Source: Eledone cirrhosa
Lineage: Eukaryota
DNA: 64,000 nucleotides
Assembly (NCBI GenBank): GCA_964016885.1
Contig: OZ024749.1
Location: 4,588,001-4,652,000, forward strand
Reading direction: 5' to 3'
Shown here: piece by piece, positions 29,426-44,530 of the stretch
Layout: every line of letters begins with the position of its first letter
Numbering within the stretch: the stretch's first letter is position 1
The notes under the pieces: model-generated
What the model saw: the letters and a program-made list of their open reading frames with translations, nothing else
Told to the model about the DNA's origin: nothing
Database searches by the model: none
Position numbers and translations under genes: made by a program

Positions 29426-29522
29426 ATGTATATATATACATATATATTATATATATATATACATATATATTATACATATATATACATACATATTATATAT
29501 ATATATACATATATATATTATT

Positions 29523-29568
<46 letters not shown>

Positions 29569-29687
29569 TATTATATATATATATACATATATATAAATAT
29601 ATACATACATACCAGTTCAGAAAAACAATTGTCAGCAATGTGAATAAAGCCCTTATTGTTATCAAACCGTGTCACTCTTCTTTCTTG

Positions 29688-29732
<45 letters not shown>

Positions 29733-30009
29733 CAAAAAGTGTTCGTTCTACATGGCTGAATACAATAAATGTAATCTGAGTTTGTCGAATATTAATAATA
29801 ACATTCGATCCGTTTGCAATTATGCAAACAAGCCTCATTTTTAAAACCTTGTCAGTAGGATGAACTCTTCATCCTTGCTCTTGTGTTGGCATGTAAATAG
29901 AACTGCAGACACTAATGTTTCTAGGTATCACCCTTCATCAGTACAGCTCACTGTTCACCTGCCAAATATCAGAACTAGTGAAAATATATGATATTTTCTA
30001 AAATATACT

Positions 30010-30120
30010 GACTGATCGGACTGATTTGCATATTAGCAGACTGGCTGATCAGTTAGATCTGCATATTAGCAGATCCACTGATCAGCCAGATTTGCATATC
30101 AGCAGACTGGCCAGTCAGTT
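30010..30120 (+). repeat. 33-bp tandem repeat (x3+) containing the octamer ATTTGCAT
   Basis: atttgcat 30024, atctgcat 30057, atttgcat 30090. Confidence 0.8.
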
Positions 30121-31641
30121 TCTTGTATACCAGCGATAAATGGCCGGCTTGCCTGATTCAAATGAAAAAAAACACTCATCAATTATTACTCAGCTTAATA
30201 TGTTTTACGTGCTATGTCCAATCTCACCTTTTCTCTCTCTTTATCTCTCTCTATATATATATAATGTATAAATATATACGGATACGTACTTATATACATA
30301 TATCCACATATACATATTTCAAACGCTCACACACACACATATATATACATATATATATTTCCTTCTATTTTTCACAATGGCTTATGAGAAATATACTGAA
30401 TGATGTTTAAACAAACCGTACCATCATCTTACAGTGTTGTGTATATATTGGTTAATTCTTGAGTTGTACCGTTAATAGTGATGGCGGCATTCGTTTAACT
30501 ATATGTTTGCAGTCCAATAATAATATGTCATATATACCAGCATTATCGAGGATATAAACAATCATAGAAACTTAGAAATGTTGGTTTTGATAGATATGCA
30601 TAAGAGGAACCCCATAGTTCATGCTTATTACTGACACCACTGATTGTAGGAACAAATATAATATATTTTTCAGATAAAATTACATAAATGTTTAACATGC
30701 ATGGATTAGTGACATACATAATTAAAACTATGAATAGTTTTGTGTAAATAACAATTTACAGGGAGAAATGCAAGGTGAGAACTCTGATACTTGTGATAAT
30801 AAAGTGAAATAGTTATTGTAGTAATATGACTAGTATAGATAAAGCAATGGGGGCTTGTGTTTGTATGTTTTGGTATGCAAAATATAAAGACTTACAGACC
30901 AAGAGATTTATATAAACATAGAAACACATGGTGTGTTATTATGGCAGATGATTGTGAAACGGTATATTCAGAAATGATAAGAAAAGACAACGCTGACCTC
31001 TCTTCCAGTCTTTTGGCTTTCCTAATCACATATAGCTAATAATTAATCGGAAGCTTTTTATATTTCTTATTTTTTATGTTTCTTATAATTAGGATTCGAA
31101 AACCGGATCTTGCTCTTTAGTTTTTGTTCATAAATCTATGACTACTACAACAGGGGTGTCCTATATAATAACGATATGTTCTACTCAGATGTATCTGGAA
31201 GGCTTGTGATAAAGAAATCATTACGGCCATTAGATATAGTCTAAATCGGCGCGGTTTATAGCCTATGTTGGGTTATAATGATAAGCGAGACGAATATAAC
31301 AGGTTTCATGAAACACGTACGCTTACAAGTACGGCTAAGCACTGACAGACAGAAAAATCCACAAACAGAGACAAATACACACACTTATATGTACACACAA
31401 ACACACATTGTTCCAGTCGCTTTGTTTTCAATAAGTTTATATATACATATATATAATCTGTTTAAGTGTGTATACGTGTGTCTATGCTTAATACGAATTA
31501 TGAAATATAGTTTACAATCTCTATTTCTATCACTTTCCATTTTATTTCTAATACAATGTTTCTTGATGCGCATATACTTATACAGCCACACAAACCCCCG
31601 CTCACAACCACTCACCTATAAACACTTAAACACACACACAG

Positions 31642-31649
<8 letters not shown>

Positions 31650-31686
<37 letters not shown>

Positions 31687-31733
31687 ATATATTATATATA
31701 TATATATATGTTATATATATATACATATATATT

Positions 31734-31814
<81 letters not shown>

Positions 31815-31836
31815 ATATATATACATATATATTTAT

Positions 31837-31869
<33 letters not shown>

Positions 31870-31942
31870 ATATATATACATATATATTTATTATATATAT
31901 ATATATATTATATATATATTATATATATACATATATATTTAT

Positions 31943-31991
<49 letters not shown>

Positions 31992-32145
31992 CATATATAT
32001 TTATTATATATATATATATATTATATATATATATATTATATATATATTATATATATACATATATATTTATTATATATATATATATATATTATATATATAT
32101 ATATTATATATATATTATATATATACATATATATTTATTATATAT

Positions 32146-32177
<32 letters not shown>

Positions 32178-32218
32178 TATATATATACATATATATTTAT
32201 TATATATACATATATATT

Positions 32219-32263
<45 letters not shown>

Positions 32264-32454
32264 TATTATATATATACATATATATATATTATATATATAC
32301 ATATATATTATATATATATGTATATATATATATATATATACATATGTATATATATTAGATATGTATATATACATATATATTATATATATATATATACATA
32401 TATGTTATATATATGTATATATATATATAATATATAAGTATATGTATATAAATG

Positions 32455-32515
<61 letters not shown>

Positions 32516-32516
32516 G

Positions 32517-32565
<49 letters not shown>

Positions 32566-32570
32566 GTATC

Positions 32571-32601
<31 letters not shown>

Positions 32602-32608
32602 GTATCTA

Positions 32609-32647
<39 letters not shown>

Positions 32648-32755
32648 ATATATATATATATGTATATATATATAATATATATGTGTATATATATATATAT
32701 ATATACATATATATTATATATATATACATATATATTATATATATATATATGTATC

Positions 32756-32804
<49 letters not shown>

Positions 32805-32829
32805 CTATATATGTATATATATATATATA

Positions 32830-32881
<52 letters not shown>

Positions 32882-33136
32882 ATATATATGTGTATATATA
32901 TATATATACATATATAGTATATATATATATACATATATATTATATATATATATACATACATATATATACATATATATTATATATATAAACATATATATTA
33001 TATATATACATATATATTATATATATATACATATATATTATATATATACATATATATATATATATACATATATATTATATATATATACATATATATTATA
33101 TATATACATATATATTATATATATATACATATATAT

Positions 33137-33170
<34 letters not shown>

Positions 33171-33780
33171 CATATATATACATATATATATATATACATA
33201 TATATACATATATATATATATACATATATATACATATATATTATATATACATATACATATATTATATATATATATATACATATATTATATATATATATAT
33301 TATATATTTACATATATATTATATATATACATATATATATATACATATATATTATATATATATACATATATATATACATATATATACATATATATTATAT
33401 ATATATTATATATACATATATATTATATATATATTATATATATACATATATATTATATATATAAATTATATATGTATTCATATATATTATATATATTTTA
33501 TATATATACATATATAGTATATATATATTATATATATATACATATATATTATATATATAAATTATATATGTATTCATATATATTATATATATATTATATA
33601 TATATACATATATAGTATATATATATTATATATATACATATATATTATATATATAATTATATATGTATTCATATATATTTTATATATATATATATATACA
33701 TATATATTATATATATATATATATTATATATGTACATATATATTATATATATATATGTATACATATATATATATATATAT
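31650..33780. repeat. Degenerate (TA)n array
   Basis: Direct inspection. Confidence 0.97.
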
Positions 33781-33932
33781 AACGCACCAGACTACTCAGT
33801 ACTTACGGTAGTAGAGTGGCTAATAGGAAAAAGTTTAACCCCGTCGGCAGAGCTCAAGCCGTTTCGACGGCTATTTCTAGAAATATCCGTCGAAACGGCT
33901 TGAACTCTGCCGTCGGGGTTTAAATTTTCCTA
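33781..33932 (-). mobile_element. Third palindromic half-hammerhead mini-element
   Basis: Hairpin 33824-33932 homologous to 5405-5520; tail acgcaccagactactcagtacttacggtagtagagtgg matches 5363-5400. Confidence 0.8.
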
Positions 33933-33954
33933 TATATACATATATATATATATT

Positions 33955-34007
<53 letters not shown>

Positions 34008-34055
34008 TATATATCATATATATACATATATATTACATGTATATATATATATATA

Positions 34056-34094
<39 letters not shown>

Positions 34095-34164
34095 CATTCA
34101 TATACATATATATTATATATAGTTATATACATATACATATATATTTATATATATACATATATAT

Positions 34165-34195
<31 letters not shown>

Positions 34196-35623
34196 GGAGA
34201 AAGATGGAGGGAGTGGGGGTGAGAGAATGAGAGTTATAAACACATATATAATTGTATACAAAGTTCCACACACCCACACATAGTCATACGCATACATACA
34301 TATGTGTATGTGCACTCGTTTATGTATACATAATGTCTGTTGGAACGTATAGGTTTGAGTGTATATATATGTTTGTGTGTGTGTATTTACACATATATAT
34401 TTAATTATGTGTATGTGCGTGTGTCTGTGTGTCTGTATATATATATACAGGTATATAGAATTGAGAATGTATTTATCTGTGGATAAGATTGTCTGTATGT
34501 GAGAGTGTGTGTTGTAATCGACACCTCTTCCGCTCCAGATAGTTGAGCGATAAAGGTATTAGAATATCGGCTTTGATGTATCGAAAGTTACTTTCGCTGG
34601 CATTCTACGACATAGCCTTTCTGATCATAAACATTTTTCAATGGCTACTAAATTATACTACACAGGAAATACTCCTCTGCTGGCCTCTAGCTAGCACATG
34701 AATCTCCTCTTCCATTTCTTCTTTCTAATGTGAAATTCAAAATGACGGTTTATTATTCATAGTTGGAAAGACAGCGGAGCGCCATTGATTTTTTCGTCAC
34801 TGACTCTGCTTATAAAGTTTTTAACCTAATCCAGTACTGTTCACCTTAGAAGCGGAATTTAATGGTGCTTCCTCTTGCTTAATAATATATCTTAAATTCA
34901 AGACATTAGTGCCTGTTCGCTTTTATTTTAAAAACAAAAATAGCAAAGGAAAACGTGAATACAGCAATAATAATAATAACAACATTTGATAGAAGAAAGT
35001 GGGAGATGAAAGTGGGAGAGAGATTGAGATGAAGTGAAATAGAGTATAAAGACATCGTTGTAAAAAATAGGAAAGGAATAGCAACAAATAAATAGTAAAG
35101 TGACAAGACAACAAAAATGAGATGGCACAATTGTGTTGGGAACAATACAGGAATTCTATATGAGGAGTTAAGTATCCATAAAATCAAACAATAAATCCAT
35201 GTTGTTTTTCACACGATGATGATGATGACGATGATGATGATGATGATGGTGACGATGACGACGATGATGATGATGATGATGGTGATGGTGATGGTGACGA
35301 TGACGATGATGGTGATGGTGATGATTATGATGAGGATGGTGATGTCGATGATGATGTGAAGAAAAAGAATTAAATGAAAAAGATGATGAGTAGGAAGGAG
35401 CGAAAGAATAAGGAAAAAAGAAGAAAAAGATGAGGATGATGATAAGGAAAATGAAAAAGAAGAAGGAGGAGGGGTAGGACAAAGAGAAGAATAAAGTAGA
35501 CACAAGAGAACAAATGAAAATGAATAATTGGCTGAATGGAAATATGGATAAACTTATAAATTAAAAGAAAAAAGCTACAGAGAATAATAACAATAATGAT
35601 AGCAGTAGTAGTAGTTATAGTAA

Positions 35624-35667
<44 letters not shown>

Positions 35668-35720
35668 TTTGTAAGATGATATTGAAGGTAAAACGATATG
35701 GTTTATGATAACTTTATTAT

Positions 35721-35785
<65 letters not shown>

Positions 35786-35845
35786 ATAATAATAATAATA
35801 ATAATAATAATATTAATATTAATATTAATAATAATAATAATAATA

Positions 35846-36830
35846 ATTGTTTCTACTTTTGGCACAAAGCCAGCTATTATCCAGTGCATTACTGGTACTT
35901 TACTCTATCGACCCCGTAAGGATGAAAGGCAAAGTTAACCTCGGCGGGATTTGAATAATAATAATAATACTGCTGCTGCTGCTACTGCCACAATAACTAC
36001 TATGCCACTACTACTTCTGCTACTGATACTACAACTAATAATAATACTACTACAATTACTACTGCTATTATAATTTGGCAGTATCGGTAGAGGGTCGGAC
36101 ATGCTTTCTAGCATAGAGTTACGTCCCTTTATTGTCTGAGTTCAAATCCCACCGAGGTTAACTTTGCCTTTCATCAATAGGCGGTCGATAAAATAAAGTA
36201 CCAGTAATGCCCTGTTTAATTGCTGGCCTTGTGCCAGCTAGTAGAAACAAAATTATAATTAGAGCCAATAAAATAATGTACCAGTCACACGCTAGGGTCG
36301 ATATAACCGACTTTCACACTCCTCTTAAACTGCTGGCATTGCCCCTATAGTAGAAATTATTATTATAGGGTCGAACGCCATGCTTTGACGTATAGAGTTA
36401 CGGCCCTTGCCATTCTGAGTTCAAATCCCGCCAAGGTTAACTTTGCCTTTCATCCTTACGGGGTCGATAAAATAAAGTACCAGTAATGCACTGGGTAATT
36501 GCTGGCCTTGTGCCTAACGTAGAAACAATTATTATTAGTACCAGTTAGGGCGCTGGAGTGGAAATATTGGTATAGGGTCGGACGCCATGCTTTACGGCAT
36601 AGAGTTACGTCCCTTTATGATCTGAGTTCAAATGCCGCCGAGGTTAACTTTTCCTCTCATCCTTACGGAGTCGATAACATAAAGTACCAGTCACACACTG
36701 GGGTCGCTTTCATCGACTTTTCCCTCCCCCCACAACATTGCTGGCCTTGTGCCTATATAAGAAACCATTATTATTAGTACCAGTAATGTACTGGTTAATT
36801 GCTGGCCTTGTGCCAAAAGTCGAAACAATT
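35846..36830. mobile_element. Cluster of at least five SINE copies/fragments
   Basis: Minus copy 35846-35955; plus copies ~36073-36252, 36366-36530, 36572-36775 and tail fragments. Confidence 0.85.
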
Positions 36831-37109
36831 ATTATTATTATCATCAACATGATAATTATTATTCGTATCATGGCGGTGAATAATATTGATAATAATGAGA
36901 TATGGGAGGAGGTGGGGGAGGATGGAGGGGGGGATGGTGGGAGTCAAGGAGATGGAGTAGGTCTAGGTGGGGTAAGGGTATGAGGTGGATGAGGAGGGAG
37001 AGAATAAGGAGGAGGAGAGTGATAAGAATAATTATGGTGATGTTAGTGAGGCTTATATTATCATCGTTATTAATGTTGCGATGGCGGTGGGGATTCTTAT
37101 GTTCTTGAT

Positions 37110-37869
37110 AACTATGATCATCATCACCATCAACAACGCCTTCCCCCTCGTCGTCCCCCACGTGTCCATCAGCAATCATCACCATCACCAGCAACAGCGC
37201 ATCCCTCCTGCTCCTGCACCTCTCCCCCTCGTCTCCATCAGCAATCATCATCATCGCCATCACCATCCTCTCCATCACCACCACCATCATCAATCATCAC
37301 CATCACCATCACCACCATCACCATCATCACCACCATCACCATCCTCTCCAGCATCACCATCATCACCACCATCATCTCCATCACCACCATCACCACCACC
37401 ATGACCATCCTCTCTGTCATCACTACCATCACCATCATCACCATCATCTCCATCACCACCATCACCATCACCATCCTCTCCACCACCACCACCACCACCA
37501 CCACCACCACCACCACCATCATCATCATCACCATCATCACCGCCATCATCACCATCGTCTCCATCACCACCACCACCACCATCATCACCATCATCACCGC
37601 CATCATCACCATCGTCTCCATCACCACCACCATCACCACCACCACCACCACCATCGCCATCGTCACCAGCACCACCAACATCACCATCACCACCACCATC
37701 ACCATCCTCTCCACCATACCATCAACATCATCATCACCAACATAAAGTTTACGATGTCAACAGCAATCTGAAAATATCCGCCATTATCATATCTTTTGAA
37801 ATCTGATTCTTCAAAATTCTCATTCTTTCTAATATATTCCATATTTTTTATTTATATTTATTTAGCAAC

Positions 37870-37903
<34 letters not shown>

Positions 37904-39120
37904 GTTTGTGACGGTGATGGCGGTGATGGTGGCGATGGTGATGGCGGTGGTGGTGGTGATGGCGGTGGTGGTGGTGGTGGTGATGGCGGTGCAGTGGCGG
38001 TGGTGATGGTTGTGGTGATGATGGTGGTGGTGATGGTGGTGATAGTGGTGGTGGTGACGATGGTGGTGATGGTGGTGGTGGTGATGGTGGTGGTGGTGGT
38101 GATGGTGGTGATGGCGGTGCAGTGGTGGTGGTGATGGTGGTGGTGATGGTGGTGGTGGTGGTGATGGTGTCGGTGGTGATGGTGGTGGTGGTGGTGGTCC
38201 TATTGTTGTTGCTATTGATGTTTTTGTTGTAATATTTCGGTAGTTTTACTTGTTTTTTTTTCTCTTCTCTATCGTACATTGGTGATGTTTTCTTCTTTCT
38301 TGTTGTTGTTGTTGTTGTTAATGTTGTTGTTATTTGCCGTTGCTTTTGTTGCCTTTGTTGTTGCTGTTAATGTTATTGTTGTTGATGTTGTTGCTGTTGA
38401 TGTAGTTTTTTCTTGTTGTTGTTGTTGATGGTGCTGTTGTTGTTGCTGTTGCTGTTGCTGTTACTGTTGCTGTTACTGTTGCTGTTGTTGTTACTGTTGA
38501 TGTTGATATTGCTGTTGTTGTTACTGTTGATGTTGCTGTTGTTGTTATTGTTGATGTTGAAGTTGATGTTGTTGTTACTGTTGCTGTTGTTGCTGTTGAT
38601 GTTGTTTTTTGATGTTGCTGTTGTTGTTGTTGCTGTTGATGTTGCTGTTGTTGTTATTGTTGATGTTGAAGTTGATGTTGTTGCTGTTGATGTTGTTTTT
38701 TTATGTTGCTGTTGTTGTTGTTGCTGATGTTGTTATTGCTGTTGTTGTTATTGTTGTTGTTGTTACTGATGATGTTGCTGTTGTTGCTGCTGCTGTTGTT
38801 GTTGCTGTTTTTGTTGTTGTTGTTGTTGTTGTTGTTGCTGATGTAGTTGCTGCTGTTGTTGTTACTGTTGATAGTGCTGTTGTTGATGCTGTTGTTTTTG
38901 TTGTTGTTGTTGTTGTTGTTGCTGTTGTTGTTGTTGTTGTTGTTGCTGTTGCTGTTGCTGTTGTTGCTGGTGTTGTTGTTGTTGATGCTGTTGTTTATGT
39001 TGCTGTTGTTGTTACTGGTGTTATTGTTGTTGTTATTGTTGTTGTTTCTGTTGCTGTTGTTGTTGTTGTTATTGTTGTTGTTACTGTTGCTGTTACTGTT
39101 GTTGTTGTTGTTATTTGCTG
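37110..39120. repeat. Trinucleotide arrays (CAC/CAT)n, (GGT/GAT)n, (GTT/GCT)n
   Basis: Direct inspection. Confidence 0.95.
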
Positions 39121-39603
39121 TTGCTACTGGAAGATTATGTTAGGAAGCTGTGAATATTTTAAAGACATAGAGGCGACGGTGTTTTTTGTCAGGAAATATA
39201 TACATACATTCATTTATGTATGCATGTGTGTATGCATGTGTGTATGCATGTGTGTAAGCATGTGTGTACGGATGCATTTATGTATGGATATATATGTGCT
39301 TACGTGTAGATATGTAGACGTATGCGTTGTTTGTATACGCACACATATATGTACGTATTCCTATATACACACTCATACACATATATATATATATATATAT
39401 ATATGTGTTTATATATATATATATCATATATAAATATATTATATATATATATATTTATATATATATATAATAAATATATATATATATTTATATATATATA
39501 TATAATATATATATATATTATATATATATACACATATATATATATACATATATATATACATATATATATACATATATATATATACATATATATATATATA
39601 CAC

Positions 39604-39634
<31 letters not shown>

Positions 39635-39673
39635 CACATATATATATATATAGATATAGATATATATATACAC

Positions 39674-39704
<31 letters not shown>

Positions 39705-39743
39705 CACATATATATATATACATATATATATATACATACACAC

Positions 39744-39787
<44 letters not shown>

Positions 39788-39793
39788 TATATA

Positions 39794-39842
<49 letters not shown>

Positions 39843-39932
39843 TATATAATATATATATATATAAATATATATATATACATACATACATATACATACATAT
39901 ATGTACATAAATATATATATATACACATATAC

Positions 39933-39995
<63 letters not shown>

Positions 39996-41225
39996 ATGAG
40001 AGAGAGAGATAATGTGTGTGTATGCATATATGTGTCCATTTACGCATGTGAGAGAGTGCGTGTGTGTGTGGAGTTGTGTGTGTGTCAGCTTGGAGATAAG
40101 TAAAACTTTGTGTCAAGTAGCAAAGAATATTTTTCAAGATATCAGGTCGCCTCTGTGTCATAATTTTGAGCTGTATTTGGGTTATAGAAATATTCATGGA
40201 GACAATAGTTTTGTTTCTGGGGACTATTTCCATTTGCTTCTTATGGCAGGTTTGAAGGGTCATATGGTTATACTTATCCAGAAAACAGATCTGATGACTG
40301 TGTGCAGGTTTCTGCAGAATTTCCAGCTGTCTCTGAAAAAATGTATAATATAAGCCTCCTCCCCGCTAATGCTAATATTATATCTTGGTCAGATATAAAA
40401 TTTAAGTGCACTCATCATTTATATAATCATGAAGCTATCAACTAAATTGTGGGGTTTGCTTTTGTTGTGGAACAATGCGGTTCATGTCTAGGAACATTGC
40501 ATCGTTGACCCGTTTACCTGTCTCAAATGTGACGCATGAGCATAAGTTGTCAAATTGGGCACTACCGACCCCGGGGAGGGGGTCCTTTAGAGTGTCCAGG
40601 GGTATTCTGCGCCCTAAGGTGGTAGTGGGTGGTAGATGTGATATAATAATATATTAAATATCAAATAATACATATTATTTATAAATATAGTAAAATGAAA
40701 CAAATATATATTTATTTATACATAATATATATAATATTCTTCATTATATATAAATTAACGATTTTATAATTGTAGAAACAATTATATATAAATTAACGAT
40801 TTTATTTATTATATATTATTTAAAATTTGTGTCCAGGCAGTCTCTGGAAAGAGGGTCGGGCTGGTAGTCCCAAACCTTTGAGAACATCTGTGCTAGAGGG
40901 ACACATATATACGGCTAAGGTTCATTTGTATAGACATGGCAGTGGTTTTACTTATTACCTCCATTATGGTAACTGAATCTGGTGGGCTTAGTGGTTTTGT
41001 TAATCAGCTCATGGTAATAGGTACCTGTGATGTTAAGTGGTCCATTGTATAGTTACGTGAGAACTTAGGTAAATATATATTTTGAGAATATTTGAAACCG
41101 AATCACTCTATTCCAATGCGCCCACGTCAGTTTCAAGCGTGGGTGTTCCTCTTGTTCTATCAATGGAACAAACTGCTCATATACTTAATAAGAATATTTA
41201 TTTTTATTACAATTATAGTATAAAT

Positions 41226-41270
41226 ATGAGAGGAATATGTTCAACAAACCATAATAAAGACATTGGAAAT
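41226..41270 (+). pseudogene. Putative micro-NUMT of the cox1 5' end
   Basis: atgagaggaatatgttcaacaaaccataataaagacattgga = MRGICSTNHNKDIG versus the canonical MRW.FSTNHKDIG. Confidence 0.55.
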
Positions 41271-42055
41271 TAAGTTGCAAGTGGTGTTCAACATTCCACA
41301 GGAATGCGAACCATTGAAGTAATTCTCGTGTACCTTCAAGCTAATGTTCTACATTACATTTATAATCCAATGTAAAGGGCTTCAAAACAGTTTCCGTCTA
41401 CCATATTTTACTCACGAACTTTCAGGATAACCGAGACCATGGTGAATATCTTCTGCCCTAGTTGCTACACACATATATCGAATTGGTTATCTAATGTCTG
41501 TGAAGTGAACTTCTTAAAGATCTTGTCAACACGGTGAGATTAATGACACATAACAAAACCTGTGTCAAAATCGGCGACAGTAAAAATGGAGAGCAATAAC
41601 ATAAAGAACTACGAAAACAACAATAAGAATAGCAACAATAACAACAATAACAACAACAGCACTAAAATATAAAACACATAGAAGAAAAATATGTCAAGTG
41701 AGTTTAAAAAATAATTAACTACATCGCGAAATATAATTTTAATTAAAAATCCTTCACGTATTTGGTGTCATAGTTGTTTTCAAGTCAACAATAGTGTCCT
41801 TACCAAACGTAAAGGTGTGTACGCTTGTTCATGTATACTAATGTGTGTGGGTTTCTTTGTTCCGCTATATGTATGCGTTTGTGTGTAGGTTAGTGTGTTA
41901 GTGTGCCTGTATTAATGTGGGTTACTTTGTGAGCAGTAAAGTATGCTATTTTGCGTTTAGTTTTGTCTGTTGGTCTGTGTGTGGCAATGTATATTGTTGC
42001 AATGTGAGTTGAATTTTGTGTAGTGCTGTGGCTGAAATATTGCATGTGTGTGTAA

Positions 42056-42203
<148 letters not shown>

Positions 42204-42342
42204 TAAATCATGTCCATAGAATTATTAGATAAAATATATACCAATTTCCTCTTCCAATTAGCATAATTAACCATATAAATCAATTATACCAAGCTTATAT
42301 CTATAACTTTATGTATATTTAAACCTTTATATATATATATAG

Positions 42343-42439
<97 letters not shown>

Positions 42440-42487
42440 CATATATATATGTCTATCTGTCGTTTTCACTTTCACACGCACGCGTCA

Positions 42488-42534
<47 letters not shown>

Positions 42535-42542
<8 letters not shown>

Positions 42543-42718
42543 ATACTTGGGGAGGGTTGTAATAATATTGCCATAATTAATAACAGAAGACACTCACTGT
42601 TTATTCTGTCATTAATTCTGGCAATATTATTACAACAATATGACCCTCCCCAAGTATAACAATATTTTTTCGACACACGATTTCATATTAAAAAGCTCGC
42701 AAAACAAATTCGTCGCCG

Positions 42719-42720
<2 letters not shown>
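42535..42720 (+). mobile_element. Fold-back fragment of the 5' region of the PLE at 10164-12685
   Basis: Arms 42535-42588 / 42604-42665; matches 12445-12572; flanked by (TA)n. Confidence 0.8.
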
Positions 42721-42777
<57 letters not shown>

Positions 42778-43071
42778 CAAACATAAATTATCAAGTATCG
42801 CATTTCGGCCCTCGAAATAACGAAAATCAACCTCCGAGATGTGTGGCAAGTGCTAAATGATTCAGATGAACCAGAGCTATAACGAACGTTAAAGGCCAAA
42901 GACACTGAGACGATGGTTAAACAATCATACGCATAGCCAAAATAAAACGATCAAGTAATTCGGGTCAAACAAATATAAAATATCTGTTATTGAAAAGTTA
43001 CCCGGACCCCTGGAAGGTTGGTAAAATCCAGTATTTGGGTTTCTGGGGCTCCTAAATCAAGTACATAAATA

Positions 43072-43256
43072 ATTGTTTCTACCTTTGGCACAAGGCCAGC
43101 AATTACCCAGTGCATTACTGGTACTTTATTTTATCGACCCCGCAAGGATCAAAGGCAAAGTCACGCTCGGCGGGATTTGAACTCACATCGTAAAGGGACG
43201 TAACTATGCTGGAAAGCATGGCGTCCGACCCTCTACCGATACTGCCAATCCACCGC
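43072..43256 (-). mobile_element. Full-length tRNA-type SINE
   Basis: Same as 7357-7541. Confidence 0.85.
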
Positions 43257-44009
43257 TTACATAAATAATGTTAGGCTTCTGGTAAGATGATTGAATAAGG
43301 AAGCCACTTTCTCAACAGGTTTTAGTTCAATGTTAATACAAGGACTGACTATTGCTGACCCCACGTGGGGTCATATATATATATAGCTTATATATAGTCA
43401 TATATATATATAGCTTAATGTGGGCTATTTTGTGCCATAGATTAATCATTATAAAACATCTGAGTTCTTATTAATTTATTTTTTGTTTCAGTTGTAGAAA
43501 GGTAAAGTCTTTGATTATTTAAATTAATGACATGGTTCTATTTATCTATCATGCTATCTATCTATTATTCTATCTATATATATATCTATCATTCTATCTA
43601 TCAACCTATATATCATTCTATCTATCTATATAGCTATCTATCTATATAACCTGTCTATCTACTTATGTATGTTTACATCTCTATTCAGCTATCTCTCTCT
43701 TCGTATATACGTACACATACATATATACATGTTTGTCTGAATGTGTGCGATTGTGTGAGTTTATGTACGTTCCTTAAATACAAAAGCGTATATATGTGTG
43801 TGTGTATTAAGAGAATGAATTCCTTGTAAAAACGCTGTAGTGAAAATGCGTATGCGTCCCAGTTACGTCATCTTATGAAGGTTTTATTTTTACTTTTTAT
43901 TTTATTTTTGTTTGAGCAGCTTGTGACGTTGATTCGAAATAAAGGCATTGGATACTGATTTTAATGCCTTGTAAACATCACACGCTTAAATATATGACAC
44001 GCAAACGCG

Positions 44010-44107
<98 letters not shown>

Positions 44108-44377
44108 GGAACGATCAACTTTCGTCAAATCGGACCGAGGAAGCAATGTTTCCGTAGGTATTTCCAATTTCAAGACACAGTACAGCTTAATTAGGGATGT
44201 TTGTTTACAAACACACCGAGCATTATAATAAATGTTCGGTGAATCCATACGTACATATATATATATATATATATATATACTATACGTCTGTATACATATA
44301 TGTATGTACGTATACATACTTATATTTAAGTAACAGCCGTACTAAGAGTTAGAAATGAAATTTCGTTTCATTTTTCC

Positions 44378-44429
<52 letters not shown>

Positions 44430-44459
44430 AGATCAAAAGATGGTTAAAGGAGTTCCATA

Positions 44460-44530
44460 TATTTTATTATGCGCATTTCAAAAACAAACATCATCAAACA
44501 ATAATATTTGTGTTTTCATCAGATAAAACA
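44460..44530 (-). ncRNA. Hammerhead ribozyme in left pLTR
   Basis: Reverse complement of 47635-47705. Confidence 0.7.

Noticed and set aside
40120-40340. Possible minus-strand host exon (ttttttcag acceptor), and a 29-nt micro-exon near 50865-50893
   Set aside because: No recognisable protein motif or consistent multi-exon model; needs RNA-seq.
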